Below are positions 1-7,325 of a stretch of 28,140 bases of DNA, piece after piece (position 1 is the stretch's first letter; each line of letters opens with the position of its first letter). The position numbers and the translations under genes are program-made. The notes beneath the pieces were generated by a model, which saw nothing but the letters and a program-made list of their open reading frames with translations, was not told where the DNA came from and ran no database searches. This DNA is from Dehalococcoidales bacterium (lineage in GTDB: Bacteria; Chloroflexota; Dehalococcoidia; Dehalococcoidales; UBA5760), in the NCBI GenBank assembly GCA_016931015.1, contig JAFGFP010000096.1, positions 1 to 28,140 of the forward strand. The letters are read 5' to 3'.

Positions 1-1136
1 CCCTCGCCGGTATCAACCACGCTTATCTCCACCCAATCGCCCCGTTTCCCGGCGCTCACGGTTATGGTATCGCCCCGGTTAGTATGGGCGATGGCATTCT
101 CCAGGATATTACGCAGCACCTGGCTGATACGGTGGGCATCAATGTTCACCGCCGGCAGCCGCTTCGGCAGCTTAAGGGAGATGGCCGCCCCTTTAGCCGA
201 CGCCTTCGACTGCTGTGCGGCCACAATCTGACCGATGAGCACGCCGATGCTTTCCGTCTGGCGAGCCAATTTCAGCTCACCGGCATCGGCTAAAGCCAGC
301 TCCTGAAGGTCGTCAACCAGCCGGGACAGCAAGCTCACCTCCTCATCGAGGGAGCGAATGGTAGCCGCATCTGCGGTAATCATGCCGTCCTGAATGGCTT
401 CGATGTAACCCCTGATGTTGGAGAGCGGCGTCCTCAGCTCGTGGGCGGTATCGGCCACCATATTCTGCCGCAGCTTTTCACCACGCTCCAGCTCGCCGGC
501 CATAGAGTTGAAGGCCTGGGTCAGCTCCCCCATCTCACCCTTCGCCCGAAGGCTAATCCGCTGGGAAAAATCGCCCTTGCCCAGACGTCTGGTAGCCATA
601 GTGAGCGCCAGCACTGGAGCCGAGACGCGGCGCGAGAGCACGAAGGCAAGCACGATAGCCACGGCACTGGCCAGTAAGCCTCCCCAGAGGAGCACTACCC
701 GGGTCGAATCAGCCAGACTCTGGGCCAAGGCAAAACCCAGCGAGGCCTCCGGGCTGACGTAGACCGTACCCAGCGCCTGGTCGCTGTCCGGGGCCGTGAG
801 CACCCGGCTCGGCCAGTCAAGCTGGAAATGCTCGCCGGAAATCTCCCCCTGAGAATCGGCGACCACCAGGCCGCTGCTGTCCGTGAGCACGATCCGCTTG
901 CCGTAGAGGGTGCCGATATTCTCCACCACCGGCTGCACCTCGGCCCACTCCTCACCCTGCACGTGGTGACGGGTAAGCAAGGGCTCCATGCGGGCCAGCT
1001 CAATCTGCTGGTTATGCTGGTCGAACTCCTGGATTTCGTTACTGATACCCCGGTTCACGAAGAAGTATATGATTGCGGTGCTGACCACAATCACCAGCAC
1101 GAAAAAGACGGTAAGCTGAGACCGCAGGCTGTGCAC
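1..1136 (-). CDS. BaeS-like sensor histidine kinase (2 TM, HAMP, HisKA, HATPase); truncated at the left window edge
   Basis: Not in the ORF track; translated by hand. GTG at 1136 overlaps the regulator's TAG. Reads MHSLRSQLTVFFVLVIVVSTAIIYFF (TM1), LLWGGLLASAVAIVLAFVLS (TM2), GEMGELTQAFNSMA (HAMP), ADTAHELRTPL (H-box), QVLRNILENAIAHT (N-box). Confidence 0.93.
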   Translation of the reverse strand, partial: MHSLRSQLTVFFVLVIVVSTAIIYFFVNRGISNEIQEFDQHNQQIELARMEPLLTRHHVQGEEWAEVQPVVENIGTLYGKRIVLTDSSGLVVADSQGEISGEHFQLDWPSRVLTAPDSDQALGTVYVSPEASLGFALAQSLADSTRVVLLWGGLLASAVAIVLAFVLSRRVSAPVLALTMATRRLGKGDFSQRISLRAKGEMGELTQAFNSMAGELERGEKLRQNMVADTAHELRTPLSNIRGYIEAIQDGMITADAATIRSLDEEVSLLSRLVDDLQELALADAGELKLARQTESIGVLIGQIVAAQQSKASAKGAAISLKLPKRLPAVNIDAHRISQVLRNILENAIAHTNRGDTITVSAGKRGDWVEISVVDTGE

Positions 1137-1834
1137 TAACGGCTACCCCCGACAAACTTGTAGCCGACCCCGTAGACCATCTTGATATAGGTGGGGGAAC
1201 GGGGGTCCGGCTCCAGTTTGCGCCGCAGATTGTAGACATGAACGTCGATGGTACGGTCGAAACCGTCGAAGTCATAGCCGAAGACCTTCTCGATAAGCTG
1301 GGCCCGGCTGAAAACCCGTTCCGGCTCCCGGACCAGCACCCCGAGCAGCCGGAACTCCACGGGGGTAAGGTCGAGCAGCCTATCTTTAAGAGAGGCCTCG
1401 TGCTTACCGAAGTTGACCAGGAGCTCACCGTGCCTGACTTCCTCTGGCCCGCGTTGAATGGTCTCGTCGGGCAGGCGTCTTAACACCGCCCGAACCCGGG
1501 CTGCCAGCTCCCTAGGGCTGAAGGGCTTGGTCACGTAGTCGTCGGCGCCCAAGTCCAGCCCGTTCAGCCTATCCTGCTCGGTGGTCTTGGCGGTAAGCAT
1601 GATGATGGGCACGTCCGATTCCGCCCGGAGGGCCCGGAAGACCTCGAAGCCGTCCAGACCGGGTAACATGAGGTCGAGAACGACCAAGTCGGGGTGCGAC
1701 TCCCGGGCCACCTCCACCGCCTGAAGGCCGTCGTAGGCGGTGACCACCTTATAGCCGTCCCGCTTCAGGTAGAGCTTCACCAGCTCCGTAGTCTTAACAT
1801 CATCATCGATTACCAGTACCTTTTTACCCGCCAT
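1136..1834 (-). CDS. OmpR/PhoB-family response regulator (BaeR-like)
   Basis: Receiver domain (VLVIDDD, DLVVLDLMLPG, ADDYVTKPF) plus winged helix (RTIDVHVYNLRRKLE, VYGVGYKF); coupled to the kinase. Confidence 0.96.
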   Translation of the reverse strand: MAGKKVLVIDDDVKTTELVKLYLKRDGYKVVTAYDGLQAVEVARESHPDLVVLDLMLPGLDGFEVFRALRAESDVPIIMLTAKTTEQDRLNGLDLGADDYVTKPFSPRELAARVRAVLRRLPDETIQRGPEEVRHGELLVNFGKHEASLKDRLLDLTPVEFRLLGVLVREPERVFSRAQLIEKVFGYDFDGFDRTIDVHVYNLRRKLEPDPRSPTYIKMVYGVGYKFVGGSR

Positions 1835-1873
1835 GTCAGCTTATCCTTTCGGCTTCTCCCCAAAATTATAACA

Positions 1874-1895
1874 GAATTGTTAAGGAATTGTTAAG
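1874..1895 (-). promoter_or_regulatory. Perfect 11-bp tandem repeat (CTTAACAATTC x2 on the minus strand); candidate OmpR-family binding site for the regulator's own promoter
   Basis: Plus strand GAATTGTTAAG at 1874-1884 and 1885-1895, directly abutting an extended -10 (TG-T-TATAAT, 1873-1865, minus strand). The 11-bp period is typical of OmpR/PhoB dimers. Confidence 0.7.
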
Positions 1896-1934
1896 TCTAC
1901 CAGCTTTAGGCCAGTCCTGACATTTTCCATAAAT

Positions 1935-1967
1935 CTTAATAATAGCTTAATAATTCCCTGTTATCTT
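1935..1967 (+). promoter_or_regulatory. 11-bp tandem repeat (CTTAATAATAG CTTAATAATTC) followed by an extended -10-like element TG-T-TATCTT upstream of the Ig-repeat gene
   Basis: CTTAATAAT at 1935-1943 and 1946-1954; one mismatch to the 1874-1895 core, in the opposite orientation. Confidence 0.65.
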
Positions 1968-1978
1968 CGAAAGTAGCG

Positions 1979-3340
1979 ATGACAAGATTAACCGGCAAAT
2001 TGCCATATAAAGGCAAGAGGCCTTTATTTATTCTAGGTAAGCAACCGATACTTTTGGTGATAGCGATGGTTACTGCCTGCCTCGTCGCAGGCCTAGCTAG
2101 CTGCTTGGTACAGCACAACAACCTCCTGGCCCTAGAGATAACCTCGCCCCAGAACAAGGCCGAGGTTACCGAAGACCTGGTGACCGCCAGCGGCATCGTC
2201 TCCCCTTCTTCCGCGATGGTTACGGTTAACGACCAGGAGGTAGACATCGCCGATGACGGCACCTTCTCCAGTAACGTCGCGCTCAGCTACGGCGAAAACA
2301 CCATCACGGTTACCGCTACCGTGGAAGGACAGGAGACGATAAACAAGACCCTGACCGTGATGCGGGTACTGAATCTGGAGATAACCTCACCCCAGGACAA
2401 AGCCGAGGTCGCCCAGAGCCCGATAACGGTCAGCGGTACCGTTTCCGACCCGGACGCCCTGGTTACTGTTAATGACCGCCGCGTGGAGACGGCCAGCGAC
2501 GGCAGCTTCTCCAGCAGTGTCGAGCTTAACTACGTGAAAAACAGTATCCGGGTCACCGCCACGGTAAACGGCCAGGAACCGGTAGTTAAAACCCTGACCG
2601 TAACCAGGATTCTGGTGCTGAAGCTAGACTCACCGGAGTACATAGTAACCACCGACAACGGCTGGGTGACGGTAAGCGGCACCGTGTATCCCCCCTCCGC
2701 CATAGTTACGGTTAACGGTAAAGAGGTGACGACCACCAAGGCCGGCCGTTTCTCCACCGACGTCGAGCTCGGCTACGGGGAAAATACCATCGTGGTTAAC
2801 GCCACCGACCCGGTATCCAGAACGGTGATGGTAACCCGGATGCTGACCCTGGAGCTGGACTCGCCCGAGGACGAATCCGAGATCACCGATAGCTCCGTAA
2901 CCGTAAGCGGCACCGTCTCCGACCCCACCGCCCTGGTCACGGTTAACGGCCAGGCAGCAGAGATGGCCATAGACGGCACCTTCTCCGCCAGCGCCGAGCT
3001 TGAATACGGCGAAAACACTATCACCGTCGAGGCCACCGTGGAGGGCTGGGAGCCGGAGATTCGAACCATAAACGTAACCCGGATACTGACCATGGTAGTA
3101 ACCTCGCCCTATAACCACGAAACGGTCAGCGAGAGCTCGCTGGCGGTCAGCGGGTTCGTCTCCGACCCGGACGCCCTGGTCACGGTTAACGACCAGGAGA
3201 CGGAGGTAGCCGAGGACAATACCTTCTCCGCCACTATCGAGCTTAACAGCGGCGAAAACACCATTACGGTCACCGCCACCGTGGAAGGACACGAGCCGGT
3301 AACCAAAGAGCTCACGGTAACCTGCACCCCAGCTGAGTGA
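1979..3340 (+). CDS. Predicted lipoprotein made of five tandem ~80-aa Ig-like beta-sandwich repeats (glucodextranase-B/cadherin-like)
   Basis: Hydrophobic stretch ending GLAS-C (Cys42 lipobox), then five copies of roughly LxLxxxSP..VTVSGTVSDPxAxVTVN..DGxFS..VEL..GENTIxVxAT. The exact start codon is uncertain. Confidence 0.85.
   Translation: MTRLTGKLPYKGKRPLFILGKQPILLVIAMVTACLVAGLASCLVQHNNLLALEITSPQNKAEVTEDLVTASGIVSPSSAMVTVNDQEVDIADDGTFSSNVALSYGENTITVTATVEGQETINKTLTVMRVLNLEITSPQDKAEVAQSPITVSGTVSDPDALVTVNDRRVETASDGSFSSSVELNYVKNSIRVTATVNGQEPVVKTLTVTRILVLKLDSPEYIVTTDNGWVTVSGTVYPPSAIVTVNGKEVTTTKAGRFSTDVELGYGENTIVVNATDPVSRTVMVTRMLTLELDSPEDESEITDSSVTVSGTVSDPTALVTVNGQAAEMAIDGTFSASAELEYGENTITVEATVEGWEPEIRTINVTRILTMVVTSPYNHETVSESSLAVSGFVSDPDALVTVNDQETEVAEDNTFSATIELNSGENTITVTATVEGHEPVTKELTVTCTPAE
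2126..3337 (+). repeat. Five intragenic ~240-nt protein-coding repeat units
   Basis: Near-identical DNA blocks recur, e.g. TCCGACCCGGACGCCCTGGT near 2443 and near 3160, and GGCGAAAACAC(C/T)AT near 2290, 3008 and 3251. Confidence 0.85.
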
Positions 3341-3398
3341 GACGGTAACTATATTAGTAAATTAGTAATCGATAAGCCTTAATCAGGAGGGAAAATAG

Positions 3399-3587
3399 AT
3401 GAGCTCGGAGAATGGAAAGAGAATCAGACTAGTTCAGGCTTCCAGACCGGAAGCCCCGGTAGCCCCGGGAGACACAGGGACTATCTGGCGCGTAACCCCG
3501 ATAGGCACGGTGCGCGTCGTTTGGGATAACGGCAGTAAGTTTGACCTTAACCCCAAGACAGACCAGTGGGAAATCCTGTCTGACTAG
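3399..3587 (+). CDS. Small SH3-like beta-barrel protein resembling DUF4314
   Basis: AGGAGG RBS; pattern IRLV...PGDTGTIWRV...GTVRVVWDNGS.FDL resembles DUF4314. Confidence 0.7.
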   Translation: MSSENGKRIRLVQASRPEAPVAPGDTGTIWRVTPIGTVRVVWDNGSKFDLNPKTDQWEILSD

Positions 3588-3687
3588 GGTTGAGACCAGC
3601 GAAGGTCGGGATAGTCAGTATTGCCGAGTGCGGCTAACCCATTTGCGACCCCCGAGATACGGGAAATCCAGAAACCGGGAGGGCAAT

Positions 3688-4407
3688 ATGGTAAAAGTAA
3701 GAGATGCCGGTGTTAAGTTAATCTGTCGCGACTGCGGGAGGCAGTTCCTATTTACCGAAGGCGAGCAGGAGTTCTACGAGCGGATGGGGTTCAACCCTCC
3801 CAGCCGGTGCCGGGACTGCCGCGCCATCAAAGACAAACAGAATGGCGACCGACACAACGGCCACCTCAGTTGCACCGAGTGCGGCGTCACGCTACAGAAC
3901 GGCGCCTCCGTTTACTGTGAGGAGTGTCTGAGAAGCCTGCAGCTAACCCAATTCAGCTGCTCCCAGTGTGGGGCAACACAAGGGGCAGATGCCCTGGTCT
4001 ATTGTGAAAGCTGCTTCAGAACGGTTCAACTTGATGCGGAACGGCAAACAGAAAGGTACAAAAGGTCAGCCAGCGCCGCAGAGTCGAAACTACAGGCCAC
4101 CGAGGCCACTAACGAGGAGATGCAGAGAGCGCTCTACGAAGCTAAGCAACGCATCGCCGAGCTGGAGCTGAAGACCGAGAACCTGAATCAGGACCTGGAG
4201 AAGGCATACCACTTCCAGGTTGCCTCGGGCTGGCTTAAACCAGCCCTGGACGACATCGCCGGAAGACTGAAAGCCCTGGAGCAAGCGGAGCGGGAGACCG
4301 AGACCAGCCTGGCAGCCGCCATTCAACGGGTGCAGGCGATATGCCGCAATACCAACCTGTGGCAGGTGATGAAACGCACCTTCAAACCGCACCGTAATCA
4401 AGACTAG
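3688..4407 (+). CDS. Zinc-ribbon protein (zf-trcl-like N-terminus, two further CxxC...CxxC units, C-terminal coiled coil), 239 aa
   Basis: Start re-called at ATG 3688 behind GGGAGG rather than 3541. LICRDCGRQFLFTEGEQEFY..MGFNPPSRCRDCR is the zf-trcl pattern; then CTEC..CEEC, CSQC..CESC and a heptad-rich helix. Confidence 0.75.
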   Translation: MVKVRDAGVKLICRDCGRQFLFTEGEQEFYERMGFNPPSRCRDCRAIKDKQNGDRHNGHLSCTECGVTLQNGASVYCEECLRSLQLTQFSCSQCGATQGADALVYCESCFRTVQLDAERQTERYKRSASAAESKLQATEATNEEMQRALYEAKQRIAELELKTENLNQDLEKAYHFQVASGWLKPALDDIAGRLKALEQAERETETSLAAAIQRVQAICRNTNLWQVMKRTFKPHRNQD

Positions 4408-4511
4408 ACTGATAAGCCTAGGGGATACCTAGCCGGAGCTGCTTTCCAGCACCATACGGGATGATACAACATCCCATCCCCACCCATTCCCCCCGGAACT
4501 CTCTGGTATCG

Positions 4512-4520
4512 TGGTATAAT
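4512..4520 (+). promoter_or_regulatory. Extended -10 promoter element TG-G-TATAAT
   Basis: Perfect sigma70 extended -10 consensus; no recognisable -35; next plus-strand ORF is ~600 nt downstream. Confidence 0.4.
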
Positions 4521-5120
4521 CCCTTCAATCCTTCCTTCAGCTGTTATTTCACGTCAGGCCGCATCAGCACAGCCGTCCCCTGAATTACAGCCAGACCAGA
4601 ACTTTTTTACAGGTAAAACCCAGGAGAATTCGTGGGGTTTTAGTCATCAAAAGACCTCCCCCCGGTTGAGAAGCAAACATAAGCCGTAAGGGCATCTGAG
4701 GTACAATAAACCACCCCGAGCCTTCCCAGCCCCTGCAACGACCGGCGATGGACACTAACTGGGCAATCAACTAAAATAGCTAAGAGGTTAAGAATGATGC
4801 TTAAGACCTCGCTAGGAGGCTGCGAGTGCTGTAGACTAGAATAATAGCACAGGGCGTGGGAAACCTCTCTGCAGAGTGAACTCACAGACTGGTTTTTAGC
4901 TAGTAATTACTCTCCGTTAAGCTATTTCTGGTTATCAACACTTAGTCCCACCAAGTTACCGCTCAGTTTCAGGTCCCGTCTCGCTTTCCCAAGCGCTTCT
5001 CCGGCAACATCCCGCCAAAATATCCCACGTAATTCATAGGACGCCGCTATTCGTATCCACAAGTAGCAAGGGCGCCGCCGTGAGATTCTCTGTGCTTACT
5101 ACGCCTCTAAGGAGGAGAAA

Positions 5121-5786
5121 TTGATAACATTAGAAAAGCAATTTACGGTCACCCCGGAGCAGGTATGCTGCGAAATGGGATATGCTGCCGACTCCGCGCC
5201 GGCGCCCCGAGTGGCCGCTCTGATTAAGGAACACTTAGACGGGGCGCAGCCGCTGATAAAGCCCTCGTATTCATATCTCTTAAGACGGATAGAGCTGGTC
5301 TTCGGGGCCAGCGTTCTCCTCGAGGACGGGGCCGTCTTCCACAGCCGGACCATCGCCCGTCTGTTGGAGAGGGCCGATGAGGTTGCCGTCTTCGCGCTGA
5401 CCATAGGTGGCGAACTCGAAGACGAAGCGGCCCGGCTGGCCCGGGAGGGCTTTGTCCTCCAGGCCACTGTGCTGGAGACGATAGGCTCGCTCTACACTCA
5501 GCAACTGACCGACTGGGTAGAGACACGAATCGAAGACCTGGCACACGTCCGGGGACAAACTATAAGCCGGCGTTTCAGCCCCGGCTACTGCGACTGGGAC
5601 GTAAGCCAGCAGAAGACGGTCTTCCACCTGCTGCGGGACGACTGCGCCGGGATTAGCCTGACCGATAGCTGTCTCATGATTCCCCGCAAGTCAATGTCAG
5701 GCATTATCGGCATCGGGGACAGTGGCATTACCGACTACAACCCTTGCCGGACCTGTGAGAAACACGACTGCGTTGGCAGGAGGTAA
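5121..5786 (+). CDS. Stand-alone vitamin B12-dependent methionine synthase activation-domain protein
   Basis: TTG start after AAGGAGGAG; VAVFALTIG, RRFSPGYCDWD, GISLTDSCLMIPRKSMSGIIG; C-terminal CxxCxxxxC (PCRTCEKHDC). Confidence 0.85.
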   Translation: MITLEKQFTVTPEQVCCEMGYAADSAPAPRVAALIKEHLDGAQPLIKPSYSYLLRRIELVFGASVLLEDGAVFHSRTIARLLERADEVAVFALTIGGELEDEAARLAREGFVLQATVLETIGSLYTQQLTDWVETRIEDLAHVRGQTISRRFSPGYCDWDVSQQKTVFHLLRDDCAGISLTDSCLMIPRKSMSGIIGIGDSGITDYNPCRTCEKHDCVGRR

Positions 5787-5799
5787 CGCCCGAGAGCCT

Positions 5800-7239
5800 A
5801 TGATACGAAAAGGACTAACCGGCGGCAGCTATAAGCCGCTCAGCGAGGATGCCATCTCCCGAATCCACGATACCGCCATGCGGGTAATCGAGGAGATCGG
5901 CTTCGAGGTAAACTCGGATACGGCCCGGGAGCTCTTTAAGAAGGCCGGGGCGCAGGTGGACGAGGAAAAGAGACGCGTCCGTATGCCCCGGGAGAGGGTT
6001 ATGGAGCTGATTGCCCAGGCCCCCTCCGAGGTCAGGCTCTGCGGCCGGGACGAAAAGCACGACATCCTGTTGGGGGGAAGCCGGGTCTACGCCGGCACCG
6101 GTGGGACGGCGCTCTATATCTACGAACCGGATACCGACCGGAAACGGCCGGCAAATCTGGAAGACCTGAGGTGTTTCGCCCGGCTGGTGGAGCAGCTCGA
6201 CAATATCCATCTTTTCATGCTGTCCACCTACCCCGGCGAGCTGCCGGTGGAGGACATCGACGCCAACCGCTTCTTCGCCGGTCTCACCAACACCGCCAAG
6301 CACGTCATGGGCGGCGTCTATACCCCGGACGGTGTCAAGCGAGTCATAAAGATGGCCGAAATCATCGCCGGCTCCGCCGAAGCGCTCCACGAGCGGCCGC
6401 TAATCTCCATGATAACCTGCAGCATTAGCCCCCTCAAGCTGGACGGCCACTACGGCGACCTGGTAGTGGCCATTGCCCGGGAGGGTATCCCCCTGGTATG
6501 CCCCTCCGAGCCCCTGTGCGGGGCCACCTCCCCCATCACCCTGGCCGGAAACCTGGTAATCCAGACCACGGACTCGCTGATGGGGGTAATACTAACTCAG
6601 ATAGCTAACCCCGGGACACCGGCCGTCTTCGGCTCGGTAGCCACCAGCACCGACCTCCGCGACCTGAGATACCTGGCTGGCTCGGTGGAGATGGGGCTAA
6701 TCAACGCCGCCGGGGCCCAGATGGCCCAGTTCTACAAGCTGCCCTTTTACGCCACGGGCGGCATGAGCGACGCTAAATTGCTGGATGCCCAGAGCGGCTA
6801 CGAGTCGGCCACTACCAGCCTGCTCTGCGCCCTGGCCGGAGCCAACTTCATCCACGACGCCGCCGGGCTGATGGAGTTCGCCCTGACGGCCTGCTTCGAG
6901 AAACTGGTGATTGACAACGAGATACTGGGCATGGTGATGCGGGCTGTCGAGGGCATCAGGGTGGACGATGAAACACTGGCCTACGACCTCATCAAGCAGG
7001 TGGGGCCGGGCGGCCACTTCGTGGCTACCAAGCACACCAGGCACTTCATGCGCAGCGAACACTACCAGCCGCAGCTCAGCGACCGCAGCAGCCGGGAGCA
7101 GTGGCAGGCGGAGGGCGAGAAGGCCACCTGGCAGCGGGCGGCCGAGGTGGTAAAGCGCTTGCTTAAGACCCACAGCTACCGCCTGCCCGATGAGATGCGA
7201 GAGCGCATCATCTCAGAGATACCGGGGATTAAGGCCTGA
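5800..7239 (+). CDS. Trimethylamine methyltransferase (MttB) superfamily protein, non-pyrrolysine, 479 aa
   Basis: Start re-called at ATG 5800 (MIRKGLTGG) so it does not overlap the upstream gene. LSEDAISRIHDTAMRVIEEIG, GATSPITLAG, GGMSDAK..DAQSGYE, AGANFIHDAAG, GPGGHF. No in-frame TAG. Confidence 0.93.
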   Translation: MIRKGLTGGSYKPLSEDAISRIHDTAMRVIEEIGFEVNSDTARELFKKAGAQVDEEKRRVRMPRERVMELIAQAPSEVRLCGRDEKHDILLGGSRVYAGTGGTALYIYEPDTDRKRPANLEDLRCFARLVEQLDNIHLFMLSTYPGELPVEDIDANRFFAGLTNTAKHVMGGVYTPDGVKRVIKMAEIIAGSAEALHERPLISMITCSISPLKLDGHYGDLVVAIAREGIPLVCPSEPLCGATSPITLAGNLVIQTTDSLMGVILTQIANPGTPAVFGSVATSTDLRDLRYLAGSVEMGLINAAGAQMAQFYKLPFYATGGMSDAKLLDAQSGYESATTSLLCALAGANFIHDAAGLMEFALTACFEKLVIDNEILGMVMRAVEGIRVDDETLAYDLIKQVGPGGHFVATKHTRHFMRSEHYQPQLSDRSSREQWQAEGEKATWQRAAEVVKRLLKTHSYRLPDEMRERIISEIPGIKA

Positions 7240-7325
7240 GAGATATTTCCCCCAGGGCCGCCAGGTCTCAACCGCAAGCCTAAACCAGGTGCGCCGGGGG
7301 TAAATCCCAAGAGGAGAAGAATTAC

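Noticed and set aside
2530-3327. Several minus-strand ORFs and a repeat pattern that might suggest CRISPR or a VNTR
   Set aside because: The ORFs are shadows of the Ig-repeat gene. The repeats are ~240-nt in-frame protein domains without a repeat-spacer structure.
3353-3368. ATTAGTAA x2 repeat upstream of the DUF4314-like gene as a fourth regulon site
   Set aside because: The period is 8 bp rather than 11 and the core differs, so it is not counted as the same motif.
3587-3640. tRNA gene
   Set aside because: Only 54 nt, with no TTC T-loop and no 7-nt anticodon loop; kept only as a structured-RNA candidate.
4585-4885. Short minus-strand ORFs (61 and 81 aa) in the long gap
   Set aside because: No RBS, no recognisable motif and atypical composition; treated as chance ORFs.
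4408-5120. Cobalamin, SAM or glycine riboswitch ahead of the corrinoid operon
   Set aside because: No B12-box, SAM-I core or glycine-aptamer consensus could be found by eye on the plus strand.
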